A stretch of DNA of 64,000 bases from a candidate division CSSED10-310 bacterium (lineage in GTDB: Bacteria; CSSED10-310), in NCBI GenBank assembly GCA_016931515.1, contig JAFGEQ010000019.1:160700-224699 (forward strand), given 5' to 3'. The notes under the pieces were generated by a model. The model was not told the origin of the DNA. It searched no databases and saw only the letters and a list, made by a program, of their open reading frames with translations. Positions within the stretch are counted from its first letter, which is position 1, and each line of letters opens with the position of its first letter. Of the stretch, positions 28,307 to 38,435 are shown in pieces. The translations under genes and the position numbers were made by a program.

Positions 28307-30193
28307 ATGATTTTTCCCCGTTCAGTTTTTAGCCGATCGCTTCTATGCGCTATCATGCTGGCAGGCTGTTTCCCGGCCTTTGCACAAGATGATCTGGGTG
28401 CCTCTGCGGGGATCTCCCAACTTTGGGCCCGCCAGCTGGAATCATTTGAAAAGGGCACTGAAACTGCGGATTGTGGCGAGAGCCAACTGGATATACTAGA
28501 ATTTCTTCTGGACAACGGCATTCAGCGCGCACCCGAGATCGGAGCGGCATATACCTTGTTAGGTCTGGAAGCGGAAAAACAGGGTCGATGGAGTGATGCA
28601 CAATGGGCGTTCGATGCTGCTCTCCAGGTGGATAAACTCAATGTCCCTGCTGCCAGGGCAGCACTGGCGAATGCCAGGCACCTGGGTATCGGTGAGGGAT
28701 TCAACCGGTTGAATCTAAGTATACGATTAGCAATTCAGCGAATGCTTGATATTGGTGTTCGTCATATCCTCATTGGAAACACTGCCCTTGCATTGATCGT
28801 GGCGTTCGTTCTTTTCGGGGTTACTACAATCTGCGTGATCAGCATCCGACAACTTGCACTGGCCATCTTTGAACTCCATTCAAGGATTAGTTTCATCAGC
28901 GATATACGAATAACAGGAACGGCGTTAATCCTCGCATTGATTTTGCTCGCCATTTCTCCTATCGGGTTACCGGGATTGCTGATCTTGCTCCTGATGATCG
29001 CATTCGCGTTCGGTGAGAGGAAACAAAGAACCACTCTCTGGATCGCATGGCTTTTAATGCTCGCTGTTTTTCCCCTGTCAATCATTCATATAGCATCGAT
29101 CATTTTAGAAAATAACCATTTTTTTAGAGTCTCCCGTTATACTCTTACAGGTGGATATTCCGAGCCGGCTGTATCTGATTTGAAACGATTGGCGGAGAGG
29201 GAGACGAATCAGGAAAAACGGGCACGTATCAGTTTTGTTCTGGGTATGCTTTATAAAAAAGGTGGTTTTTTCAATGACGCGCATCGGGAACTGGAACGTT
29301 ATCAGGAAGTAAATCCCAGGGATGCAGGTGTCTATATAAATCTGGGCAACATCGAGTTTATCAATGACAGGATCAAGACGGCAACGGAGATGTATCGTAA
29401 AGCTGAAAGTCTGGACCCGCAAAATCCGTTGATATATTTTAATTTATCCAAGGCTTATCTGAGTCAGTTCAGATTTGAGGAAGCGAAGGATATGCAGAAT
29501 CGGGCTGCGAAACTCGATCCGATCATGACGGGAAAACTGAATGCAGTCCACAGCTCCAAGCCGGTTCGCATGGTCGTTGACATAGATATACCCAAAACCT
29601 GGATGTTCGAAGAAGCGATCAATGCGTTAAAGGCATCAATCAATCATGCCGATGATTACTGGCGATTTCGTTTGATTCAGACTGACTTCAAACAATCGCT
29701 TATTATATGGGCAATCATATCGCTGATTTTGCTGCTGCTGCCCCTTTTGTCACACTCCGTCGTGCTGAGCCGGTTCTGTCTCAAATGTGGTAAGCCGATG
29801 AAACCGGATGTTTTGAGTGGAGGAACGGATCACATTTGTGTGACGTGCCACATGGTGTATTTTAAAAAGTCTGAGGGCGCGAAAATACGGCAGGCAGGAT
29901 CGGAAGCAACATCGGGATTGCGATTGAACTGGGACTCAATCATGCATCGCGTTCTATCATGTGTATTGCCGGGTGCGGGACGTCTGTACAGCGGATACAT
30001 GATCAGCGGGCTGATCATGATTTTGTTTTGGACGGTTGCTGCCGGGATTCTGTTGGCATCAGTGCGTTTCATCCCATCTTTTTATCGCATTCCATCAGGG
30101 ATCCTTGGAATCGGTCGTTACCTTCTCATCGGTGTCATCATTCTCGACTATGTTATTTCCATCCGTTGGGGCTTGTTGGAGGAGGATGTGTGA
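28307..30193 (+). CDS. TPR-repeat integral membrane protein with embedded zinc-ribbon
   Basis: Signal/TM at the N-terminus, about 6 TM segments, and TPR-like repeats (EVNPRDAGVYINLGNIEF..., QNPLIYFNLSKAYL...). CxxC...CxxC motif: CLKCGKP...CVTCH. Confidence 0.55.
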   Translation: MIFPRSVFSRSLLCAIMLAGCFPAFAQDDLGASAGISQLWARQLESFEKGTETADCGESQLDILEFLLDNGIQRAPEIGAAYTLLGLEAEKQGRWSDAQWAFDAALQVDKLNVPAARAALANARHLGIGEGFNRLNLSIRLAIQRMLDIGVRHILIGNTALALIVAFVLFGVTTICVISIRQLALAIFELHSRISFISDIRITGTALILALILLAISPIGLPGLLILLLMIAFAFGERKQRTTLWIAWLLMLAVFPLSIIHIASIILENNHFFRVSRYTLTGGYSEPAVSDLKRLAERETNQEKRARISFVLGMLYKKGGFFNDAHRELERYQEVNPRDAGVYINLGNIEFINDRIKTATEMYRKAESLDPQNPLIYFNLSKAYLSQFRFEEAKDMQNRAAKLDPIMTGKLNAVHSSKPVRMVVDIDIPKTWMFEEAINALKASINHADDYWRFRLIQTDFKQSLIIWAIISLILLLLPLLSHSVVLSRFCLKCGKPMKPDVLSGGTDHICVTCHMVYFKKSEGAKIRQAGSEATSGLRLNWDSIMHRVLSCVLPGAGRLYSGYMISGLIMILFWTVAAGILLASVRFIPSFYRIPSGILGIGRYLLIGVIILDYVISIRWGLLEEDV

Positions 30194-31482
30194 ACCAGCA
30201 TTTTCCAGCAGACGGGCGGCTTGAAGACTATCCAGTATTCAGGATTTTAGCGGAAATTGGAACGAATCGGCTGTCCGGAGTCCTGACTGTCTTTAGCGAA
30301 GCGGATACCATTGATCTCTTCTTTGATTCCGGTGCATGTGTTTTCGCAGAATCGCATTATCCTCGAGAGGAACTCCACTTGGGTCAATTGCTGGTCAACA
30401 GGGGATACTGCGATCAGGATCAACTCAAAAACTTGCTGAATGAACAGAAAACCAAAATGCTGAAACTGGGACGAATGGCACGTGATGCCGGATGGTTGAC
30501 CGATACGGAATTAATGCGCGTTCTCGAGGATCAGGTCCTGCTGATACTGTTTCCGAGCCTGACTTGGACGCATGGAATCTATTTTTTCAAATCGTCTGAT
30601 TGTATGCCCTATGATAAAACATTGTTCCGGCCTGTTGATCTCAAACCGGTATTTCGATCAGGACAGAAAATACTGAAAACCTGGTCATGGATGCAGGAAC
30701 GAATGCCGAATGAAACACTCGTTCCCAGCAGAACTGAGGCAAAGGAAGTCATCCCGGAAGGTGTCAAACTCGAGCATAGCGATGCGTCATCCAATACATT
30801 CGTGATGACCAGAATTCAGGAAAAAGTCTATGAATTGATAGATGGAAATCGAACGATTCGTGAAGTTCTGGATGGTGTTCACCTTTTTGAGTGGTTTGCT
30901 CGAATAGCACTTCTCGATCTTGAGGATGCCGCTGTGATCACGATCCAGGAGATGAAGGCAAAAACGAAGAAAAAGGCTTCAGCACAAAGAGAAAAACAAC
31001 CGATTAATCTTATCATTTTCCTTCGTACGCATGCCCAGGTTCTAATGAAAGTTCTGGCAGGAACACTCGGGTTACTTGTTGTCGGATACCTGATCTCTCA
31101 CGTTTCATTTAAAAATATGATGATGCCGAAAAAGATATATAATCGGGCATTTACACCAAAATCATCAACCATTACTTTAATGGAAGGCAATGCGATACGA
31201 TCAGCAATTGTCGTATTTTATCTGAACAGAGATAGTTTTCCCGAAACGCTTGACGATATGGTCCGAGCCGGGTTGCTGGCAACGGGCACTATGATGGATG
31301 GATGGGATAACAGGTTCGAATATCGGAAAATCGACGATAGGTATGAACTGAGAAGTCCCGGCCCGGATGGCGAATTGTCCACGAGTGACGATGTCGTTCT
31401 GACCGGACAGATCAGTGATCACATTTTTGGTTGTTATTATCCACAATCTCCGGCCCTGCCGCCGGAAAGTATCCAACAATGA
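30190..31482 (+). CDS. DUF4388-like N-terminal domain + TM + C-terminal T2SS pseudopilin GspG-like domain protein
   Basis: GTG start overlapping the upstream stop (GTGTGA), preceded by GGAGGA. The C-terminus AIVVFYLNRDSFPETLDDMVRAGLL...DGWDNRFEYRKIDDRYELRSPGPDGELSTSDD resembles the GspG C-terminal domain. Confidence 0.5.
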   Translation: MNQHFPADGRLEDYPVFRILAEIGTNRLSGVLTVFSEADTIDLFFDSGACVFAESHYPREELHLGQLLVNRGYCDQDQLKNLLNEQKTKMLKLGRMARDAGWLTDTELMRVLEDQVLLILFPSLTWTHGIYFFKSSDCMPYDKTLFRPVDLKPVFRSGQKILKTWSWMQERMPNETLVPSRTEAKEVIPEGVKLEHSDASSNTFVMTRIQEKVYELIDGNRTIREVLDGVHLFEWFARIALLDLEDAAVITIQEMKAKTKKKASAQREKQPINLIIFLRTHAQVLMKVLAGTLGLLVVGYLISHVSFKNMMMPKKIYNRAFTPKSSTITLMEGNAIRSAIVVFYLNRDSFPETLDDMVRAGLLATGTMMDGWDNRFEYRKIDDRYELRSPGPDGELSTSDDVVLTGQISDHIFGCYYPQSPALPPESIQQ

Positions 31483-31496
31483 TTGGGGGATTTGTC

Positions 31497-32522
31497 ATGA
31501 AGAAAGTATCATCAATAGTATTTATGGCGTTAATTCTTGTTTGGGTATCCGGATGCGCTGAAGTTGGACCTCAGGAAGCAGGGATCCGAACAACGATGAT
31601 CGGTCTTGACAAAGGTTTTGGGCAGGCGGAGTGGTTCAAGCAGGGCATAAAAACAAAACCTCTTTCTCCTGGATTGTATTTCAGTATTCCTCATCTGACG
31701 AATGTCGATAAATATCCGGTACAGGAATTGCGATACAACATGTTCAAGGACACACCAAGTGGTCGCAACGATATCTCTTTCAAAACAAAAGATGGACAGA
31801 TTGCCTGGATCGATGCTACCATCCGCTACCGGTTGATCTTTGAAAAAATCCCGGTTCTTCACCGTGAATATGGCCATCAATACCTGGAAAATGTCCTCCT
31901 GCCAACGGTGCGTTCTTTGGTCAATAACAAACTGGGAGAATACAGTGCAGAAGAAATATATGATGGTAAAACACGCCAACAGGTATCAGAGGAGATAGCG
32001 GATATAATCAATATGGGATCAGAGGGACAACGCGGTACAATGGATATCGGACTCGAAGTGATTGATGTATTGCTAAGGCGGTTCGAATTTACTGACGAAT
32101 ATCAAGCTGCTATTGAGCAGAAAAAAATTGCTTCGGAGCAGCATCTGGCTGCGGTGGAATGGGCAAAGAAAAGAGAAGCCGAAGCGCGGGGGGAAAAACT
32201 AGCTGTGATTCAGGAAGCGGAAGGTAAGGCGGAACGAATCCGAAAAGAGGCTGATGCAGATCTTTATGCGCGTCTGAAGGAGGCGGAAGGGGTTTTACAG
32301 ATGGGTCTGTCTCAGGCGGAAGCCCAGGCAGCCATGGTAAAAGCGATGGGGAGTGGAGATGTGCTGGTTCGGATGGAATTCGCGAAAAATCTGAGTCCCA
32401 AATTGCAAGTCTGGGGTGTTCCGACCGGTCAGCAGAATAACTCCATTATGGACCTTTCAGGTGTTTTCGGATCTATGTTCCCACAATCCGAAACCAGCCA
32501 GCGAACTCTCGTCGAACCGTAA
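31497..32522 (+). CDS. SPFH/Band-7 (prohibitin/HflKC-like) domain lipoprotein
   Basis: Lipobox LVWVSGCAE. SPFH core followed by an Ala/Glu-rich coiled coil (AAVEWAKKREAEARGEKLAVIQEAEGKAERIRKEADADLYARLKEAEG). Confidence 0.65.
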   Translation: MKKVSSIVFMALILVWVSGCAEVGPQEAGIRTTMIGLDKGFGQAEWFKQGIKTKPLSPGLYFSIPHLTNVDKYPVQELRYNMFKDTPSGRNDISFKTKDGQIAWIDATIRYRLIFEKIPVLHREYGHQYLENVLLPTVRSLVNNKLGEYSAEEIYDGKTRQQVSEEIADIINMGSEGQRGTMDIGLEVIDVLLRRFEFTDEYQAAIEQKKIASEQHLAAVEWAKKREAEARGEKLAVIQEAEGKAERIRKEADADLYARLKEAEGVLQMGLSQAEAQAAMVKAMGSGDVLVRMEFAKNLSPKLQVWGVPTGQQNNSIMDLSGVFGSMFPQSETSQRTLVEP

Positions 32523-32553
32523 CGGACGGTTAGAGCGGGATTTTTTTCAGCGC

Positions 32554-32973
32554 ATGTCGGTATTGACCCGTCATATCTCGATTCGGACAGAAGGTTTCGG
32601 CCAGGTATCCGATCTGACGGCATTCATCCGGAATGAGCTCGCCATCAGCGGTTTAACGGCAGGGACTGTCCTGATTTTTGTTCCAGGCTCCACGGCCGGG
32701 GTCACAACGATTGAATTTGAATCTGGAGTTATCGAGGACTTCAGGGAATCCACGGAGCGATTAATACCCGAATCCGGTCACTATGAGCACAACGCGCGAT
32801 GGGGAGATGGAAATGGTTTTTCACATGTTCGGGCGGCATGGATTGGTCCTTCTCTGACTGTACCGTTTGAGAACTGTTCTTTGCTGCTTGGCACCTGGCA
32901 ACAGGTCGTTCTCGTTGATTTTGATAATCGTTCCAGGCAGCGGGAGATCATCGTTCAAATGAGCGGGGAGTAA
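32554..32973 (+). CDS. YjbQ/UPF0047 family protein (secondary thiamine-phosphate synthase-like)
   Basis: 139 aa with the conserved blocks TGxxxIFVPGSTAGVTTIE...HVRAA..G.SLTVP...G.LLLGTWQ.V.L. Confidence 0.7.
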   Translation: MSVLTRHISIRTEGFGQVSDLTAFIRNELAISGLTAGTVLIFVPGSTAGVTTIEFESGVIEDFRESTERLIPESGHYEHNARWGDGNGFSHVRAAWIGPSLTVPFENCSLLLGTWQQVVLVDFDNRSRQREIIVQMSGE

Positions 32974-32977
32974 CCGA

Positions 32978-33400
32978 TTGATGGCGGACCGACAGTCTGA
33001 AGGCAAATATCGAATTTCAGCAATTGCCGTCATGCTGGGCATTCACCCACAGACCATTCGCACGTACGAAAGAATGGGCTTTATCCATCCTGCTCGAAGT
33101 CGGGGAAACAACAGGTTGTTTTCTGATCGGGATGTCGAGATTATTGAGAGGATTCAAAGTTTGACGCAGGACATGGGAGTCAATCTTGCAGGTGTTGAAA
33201 TAATAATGAGAATGCGGAATCAGATTGAGGTGATGCAGACAGAAATACATCAATTATTAGACGCAGTAAAAGCAGGATTAGAAGGCATTGATGAGGATAA
33301 ATATCAATATATAGCTGCAGTAATAAAGCGCTGCAGGTATTTGGAAGGTACAAAAAGATCCGGCGACGACCCGGTAAAAGAGTTAAATGATGAATCATGA
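32978..33400 (+). CDS. hspR: MerR-family heat-shock repressor HspR-like
   Basis: HTH YRISAIAVMLGIHPQTIRTYERMGFIHPARSRGNNRLFSDRDVEIIERI, with a C-terminal coiled-coil. Confidence 0.7.
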   Translation: MMADRQSEGKYRISAIAVMLGIHPQTIRTYERMGFIHPARSRGNNRLFSDRDVEIIERIQSLTQDMGVNLAGVEIIMRMRNQIEVMQTEIHQLLDAVKAGLEGIDEDKYQYIAAVIKRCRYLEGTKRSGDDPVKELNDES

Positions 33401-34223
33401 CAGGGAAAATCTGCGGAGTTATTTGAAAGAGATCAGAAAATATCCTGAATTGTCACGTGAACGTGAATTGGAATTAGCGGAGCGCATACAAAGGGATGGT
33501 GATGAGGATGCCGTTAAAGAGTTGGTGGAAGCCAACCTGAGATATGTGACATTGATTGCGAGAAAATACATAAAGTCAGGTATTCCATTATCGGATTTAA
33601 TCAACGAAGGCAATATCGGTCTGATGGCTGCGGCCCGACGGTTTGAACCGGACCGGGGTGTAAAATTTATAACCTACGCTGTGTGGTGGATTCGCCAGGC
33701 CATCCTGTTTGCAATCTCGACAAAAAGCCGAATGATCCGACTCCCTCCCAAGCAGGAGACATTGCTTCATAACATCAATAAAACAAGAATCCGCCTGATG
33801 CAGGAACTTGGCAAGGAACCCGGAGTCCAAGAAATAGCATCGGAATTGGGTGTTGAAGTGACAGAAGTTGAAAACCTGATTCAACTTGGTTGGAACTCGG
33901 TCAGTCTTGAGCCGGTTGACGATGACAAGGACACCCGGGAGTCGGGAATCGATATCCCTGATGATCGAATCATTGTCGATGACAAGGTGATCAAGGATGA
34001 GTTTGTCGATGATGTTGAGTTATTACTCACGTGCCTTCCGGAGAGGGAGAAGGAAATTTTGCGGCTTCACTTTGGATTCGATGGGGATCCATATACACTT
34101 CAACAAATTGGTGATCGTTTTAACCTGACACGGGAGCGGATTCGTCAGATCGAACGGCGTGCTATTGAGAAATTACGCAACAAGGCGATCACAAGAAATC
34201 TGAAAGATTATCTAATTGAATGA
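33387..34223 (+). CDS. Sigma-70 family RNA polymerase sigma factor (group 2/3-like)
   Basis: Region 2 is DLINEGNIGLMAAARRFEPDRGVKFITYAVWWIRQAI; region 4 HTH is TLQQIGDRFNLTRERIRQIERRAIEKLR. Overlaps hspR by 14 nt. Confidence 0.8.
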   Translation: MMNHDRENLRSYLKEIRKYPELSRERELELAERIQRDGDEDAVKELVEANLRYVTLIARKYIKSGIPLSDLINEGNIGLMAAARRFEPDRGVKFITYAVWWIRQAILFAISTKSRMIRLPPKQETLLHNINKTRIRLMQELGKEPGVQEIASELGVEVTEVENLIQLGWNSVSLEPVDDDKDTRESGIDIPDDRIIVDDKVIKDEFVDDVELLLTCLPEREKEILRLHFGFDGDPYTLQQIGDRFNLTRERIRQIERRAIEKLRNKAITRNLKDYLIE

Positions 34224-35158
34224 TAGGAAATATCAAAATGTACAAAGAAAATTCGTTATCGTCAGTTCTGATTGTTGGATCGGTTGCTCTTGATTCAGTA
34301 AAGACACCTTATGGTCATCACAAGGACATGTTGGGTGGTTCTGCCACGTATTTCAGTATGGCTGCATCACATTTTGTTCCGGTCAGGCTGGTTGCCGTAG
34401 TCGGAACGGACTTTCCGGAGACCGCTCGAAATCTTTTGATTTCAAAGCATGTGGATCTGTCGGGTTTGCAGGTTGTCGAAGGCAGGACATTTCGTTGGGC
34501 CGGGGAATATCGTGGAAGTATGAATGAAGCGATAACCCATGAAACGCAATTGAATGTCTTCCAGAATTTTGAGCCATGTCTGCCGGACATCTATGCCGAT
34601 ACGAAGTACGTGTTCCTTGGAAACATTGATCCGGCACTGCAGCTCCGCGTTCTTTCGCAGATCTCAAAACCAGAGTTGGTGGCGCTGGACACAATGAATT
34701 TTTGGATCGAAAGTGCACGGGATACTTTACTGGATGTGCTTAAGAAAATTGATTTACTGATAATCAACGAAGGAGAACTACGTCTTTTAACCGGAGAGAA
34801 TCGATTGCCCGACGGCGTGCGACGTTTGTGCGACATGGGTCCGCGTTCACTCGTGATAAAACGCGGGGAATATGGATCGATTCTTTACCATGATCAGGAG
34901 TGGTTTTTTGTTCCGGGTTATCCGGAACCGATGGTTGTCGATCCAACAGGGGCGGGTGATTCCTTTGCCGGCGGATTCATGGGTTCAATTGCCCGGGATG
35001 CAGTTGTGTCACGGGAATCACTCAGGCGTGCGATGGTATCTGGTTCGGTCATGGCATCGTATAACATCACCGATTTCGGTCCATGGAAACTCGCTGGTCT
35101 GACCGGTACCCAAATCGACGAAAGATTCAATCAGTTTGTCCAACTGGTTACTATCTGA
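34220..35158 (+). CDS. PfkB-family carbohydrate/nucleoside kinase
   Basis: Ribokinase-like fold with the C-terminal anion-hole motif DPTGAGDSFAGGF. Confidence 0.75.
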   Translation: MIGNIKMYKENSLSSVLIVGSVALDSVKTPYGHHKDMLGGSATYFSMAASHFVPVRLVAVVGTDFPETARNLLISKHVDLSGLQVVEGRTFRWAGEYRGSMNEAITHETQLNVFQNFEPCLPDIYADTKYVFLGNIDPALQLRVLSQISKPELVALDTMNFWIESARDTLLDVLKKIDLLIINEGELRLLTGENRLPDGVRRLCDMGPRSLVIKRGEYGSILYHDQEWFFVPGYPEPMVVDPTGAGDSFAGGFMGSIARDAVVSRESLRRAMVSGSVMASYNITDFGPWKLAGLTGTQIDERFNQFVQLVTI

Positions 35159-35168
35159 AGCAAGTATT

Positions 35169-37568
35169 TCAGTTTAAAGCATGCTTGAGAACATCCGTTA
35201 TCCGGCTAACCGGAATAAAGGTGATCTTTTCCCTGACAAAAGCCGGGACCTCCTCCAGATCCTTTTCATTTCGGCTCGGCAGAATAATCGTTCGGATGCC
35301 TGATCGATACGCGGCCAGGCATTTCTCTTTGATGCCCCCTACCGGAAGTACATCTCCTCGAAGCGTAATTTCTCCAGTCATGGCAACCATTTTCCGCGGC
35401 ATTCTGGCCGTCAGAAGAGATACAAGGGCGGTGGCGATGGTGACACCTGCCGATGGTCCGTCTTTTGGTACTGCCCCTTCCGGAACATGAATATGAATGT
35501 CAGATGTTTCGAAAAAATCCGGGTCAATTCCAAGATCGCACGCCATGGATCGAATGAACGAGAGTGCTGCCTGTGCGGATTCCTTCATCACATCTCCCAG
35601 TTGTCCAGTCAGGATTAACTGTTTCTTTCCTGTCATACGTGTGGCTTCAATGAACAGAACATCTCCGCCGTAAGGTGTATAAGCCAGGCCAATAGCGATG
35701 CCGGGTTGTTGGGTTCTCGTATCGATATCGGAGAAAAACTTCAGAGGCCCGAGAAACGAATGGAGTTTCGCTCGAGTAATTACCACAGGCTCAGTTCGTC
35801 CCTCGACAACCTCACGCGCGACGGCTCTGCAGATCGTGGAAATTTCACGTTCAAGATTTCTGACACCTGCTTCGAGGGTGAAACCCCGGATTATATCGCT
35901 GATGGCACTCGGATGAAAACGAAGTTGCTTCCGAGTCAGCCCGTGTTCTGTCAATTGTCTTGGAATTAAGTGGCTTTTTGCAATTTCCAGTTTTTCTTCA
36001 ATCGTGTAACCGGATAATCGAAGAACTTCCATTCGGTCCTGTAAGGCAGGAGGAATAGTCTCGAGGATGTTGGCGGTTGTAATAAAAATAACTCTGGATA
36101 AATCGCAATTGACGTTCATATAATGATCCGCGAAGCTGTTATTCTGTTCAGGATCCAGAACTTCCAGCAATGCGGACGCGGGATCCCCCCGGAAGTCCAT
36201 GCCGATCTTATCCACTTCATCAAGCATGAACACAGGATTGTTCGATCCTGCTTTTCTCAATCCCTGGATAATCCGACCCGGAAGTGCTCCGACATACGTT
36301 CGTCGATGTCCCCTGATTTCGGCTTCATCCTTGACTCCACCCACTGATATCCTGTGAAATTTGCGGTTCATTGCCCGGGCGATACTTTTTCCCAGGGAGG
36401 TCTTTCCGGTTCCGGGCGGTCCGACGAAACAGAGGATCGGACCTTTCATGTCCTTCTTCAAATGCCTGACAGCAATGTATTCAACAATCCGCTTCTTGAT
36501 TTTTGCCAGACCGAAATGGTCGTCATCGAGTATCTGCTGGACTTTACGCGTATCCAGATTGTCTTCGGTACTGTTATTCCATGGAAATTCAATCAGCCAG
36601 TCCAGGTAGGTCCGGGAAACAGTGTATTCAGCAGCCGCAGGAGGCATCCTTTTCAATCTGTCCAGCTCCTTTGTGGCTGCTTCCAGGACATCCAGGGGAA
36701 GATTCGCTTCCGCAATCTGATGTTCCAGCTCTTCTATTTCATTGCTCCGGTCATCCGATTCCCCTAACTCCTTCTGAAGAGCTCTCATCTGTTGACGAAT
36801 GAAGTATTCCTTCTGGGATTTGTCCATCTCATCCTTGATCTGTGTTTGGATTCGATTGCCCAATTCTTGTATCTCTATTTCACGATTCAACAGGATATTT
36901 AACTTTTTCAGCCGATTTCCAACATCGAAGATTTCAAGGACCTCCTGCCGCTCCTCCAACGATAAGTTCAGGCTGGAGGTGATGATATCCGCCAGCTTCC
37001 CCGGTTCTGAGATGCCCTGAATAATTAAATTGAGTTCATTGGGCAGGTTGGAGGACATCGAGACCAGTTTTTTAAACAGATCGCGAATATTCCGGCACAT
37101 CGCATCCAGCCGTTTGGATTCTTTTCGTGTCTCATATATCGGTTCGATCCGGGCTGAAAAAAATGGCTCCGCAGTCACGAACTCTTCAACGCGTATCCTG
37201 CAGATCGCTTCAATCATTATCCTGATGGCATCGTCCGGCATCTTGATCATCTTTACAATCTGGGCAGCGACTCCAACAGCATAAATATCCTCCGGATTCG
37301 GATTTTCCTGCTCGGGATACTTTTGTGCGACCAGCCCCAACATCCGGTCGCCTTCAAGGATTTCCCGGATCATCTGAACGGATTTTTCCCGCGCAACCAG
37401 AAGTGGAATGACCATTGTCGGATATATCACCGTTCCGCGTATCGGCAGAACTGGCAATACATACGGTATCGTTTTATCATTTACTGTGAACACGGAGGGT
37501 TCGATTCTCGCGCCATTCCGTTTAGTCATCTTTTTTTCCTTATCTTGTGAAACCTTCGACTTTTTCAT
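35169..37568 (-). CDS. lon: ATP-dependent protease Lon (La)
   Basis: LON N-domain, AAA+ module (GPPGTGKTS) and protease domain with Ser-Lys dyad (PKDGPSAGVTIATAL). The start is an internal Met (MKKSKV...) chosen by RBS context. Confidence 0.85.
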   Translation of the reverse strand: MKKSKVSQDKEKKMTKRNGARIEPSVFTVNDKTIPYVLPVLPIRGTVIYPTMVIPLLVAREKSVQMIREILEGDRMLGLVAQKYPEQENPNPEDIYAVGVAAQIVKMIKMPDDAIRIMIEAICRIRVEEFVTAEPFFSARIEPIYETRKESKRLDAMCRNIRDLFKKLVSMSSNLPNELNLIIQGISEPGKLADIITSSLNLSLEERQEVLEIFDVGNRLKKLNILLNREIEIQELGNRIQTQIKDEMDKSQKEYFIRQQMRALQKELGESDDRSNEIEELEHQIAEANLPLDVLEAATKELDRLKRMPPAAAEYTVSRTYLDWLIEFPWNNSTEDNLDTRKVQQILDDDHFGLAKIKKRIVEYIAVRHLKKDMKGPILCFVGPPGTGKTSLGKSIARAMNRKFHRISVGGVKDEAEIRGHRRTYVGALPGRIIQGLRKAGSNNPVFMLDEVDKIGMDFRGDPASALLEVLDPEQNNSFADHYMNVNCDLSRVIFITTANILETIPPALQDRMEVLRLSGYTIEEKLEIAKSHLIPRQLTEHGLTRKQLRFHPSAISDIIRGFTLEAGVRNLEREISTICRAVAREVVEGRTEPVVITRAKLHSFLGPLKFFSDIDTRTQQPGIAIGLAYTPYGGDVLFIEATRMTGKKQLILTGQLGDVMKESAQAALSFIRSMACDLGIDPDFFETSDIHIHVPEGAVPKDGPSAGVTIATALVSLLTARMPRKMVAMTGEITLRGDVLPVGGIKEKCLAAYRSGIRTIILPSRNEKDLEEVPAFVREKITFIPVSRITDVLKHALN

Positions 37569-37766
37569 ATGTATTCCTGTGCGATCACTGATTGAACCGG
37601 ACAGCGCATCCAATGCCATCCAGTAGAGTGGAACAAAGATATTATGGAAATCGACAGGGAAGAGCAACTGCAATCATGATTTCATCTTGCCATGCTCCCA
37701 CTTCTCTGTTAGCGTAATGCATCGCTGATTAATAGCTTCTTTCGCTGGTCGGGAAAGGGCACGGGA

Positions 37767-38435
37767 TTGCGCGGTTTGTTTATTACATTTGAGGGCATAG
37801 AAGGTTGCGGTAAGTCAACCCAGGTTCAACGATTGGGTAATCATCTGACCCGGCAAGGTTACCGGGTCATCACGACTCGCGAACCAGGGGATGGTGAACT
37901 CGGCAGCAAGATCAGGGAATTGCTTCTCTCGGTTTCCAGTAACCTGGATCCCAGAACGGAACTTTTCCTTCTGGCCGCAGACAGAACCCGTCATGTCATA
38001 GAAATCATCGAACCTGAATTGGCTGCCGGCGCAATCGTTATCTCCGACCGCTATACAGATTCGTCAGTCGCGTATCAGGGTCATGGAAGAGGACTCGCAC
38101 TCGATTTCATCCACTCGATCAACCAGTCTGCAACCAGAGGACTGGATCCGGATCTGACTTTTGTGATGGATATTGCACCGGAGATTAGTGTTGAACGATC
38201 CCAAATTCGCTTGCGACAACAGAATATGTTTGAAGCAGAGGGACGATTTGAGAACGAAAATCTTCAATTTCATCACCGGGTTCGAGATGGGTACAGATCA
38301 ATCGCCCGGGAAGAACCCGGCAGAGTAAGGTTGATCGATGCGGGACACAGTATCGAAGCGATCAGCTCCTCAATCGAAGTAATGGTCGATCAGCAAATAA
38401 TTCAGTGGCGGAAAGCGGCAAACAGCCATGCTTGA
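37767..38435 (+). CDS. tmk: Thymidylate kinase (TTG start)
   Basis: FITFEGIEGCGKSTQ P-loop and DRY motif (SDRYTDSSVAYQG). Confidence 0.85.
   Translation: MRGLFITFEGIEGCGKSTQVQRLGNHLTRQGYRVITTREPGDGELGSKIRELLLSVSSNLDPRTELFLLAADRTRHVIEIIEPELAAGAIVISDRYTDSSVAYQGHGRGLALDFIHSINQSATRGLDPDLTFVMDIAPEISVERSQIRLRQQNMFEAEGRFENENLQFHHRVRDGYRSIAREEPGRVRLIDAGHSIEAISSSIEVMVDQQIIQWRKAANSHA

Noticed and set aside
28240-28310. Direct repeats of CCGGAT/CCGGATCGG upstream of the TPR membrane protein gene
   Set aside because: They are very short and probably chance. No spacing pattern suggests a regulatory array.
35698-37626. Multiple 70-140 aa plus-strand ORFs inside the lon locus
   Set aside because: All are antisense to the Lon coding sequence, which has intact AAA+ and protease motifs. 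There is no independent support.
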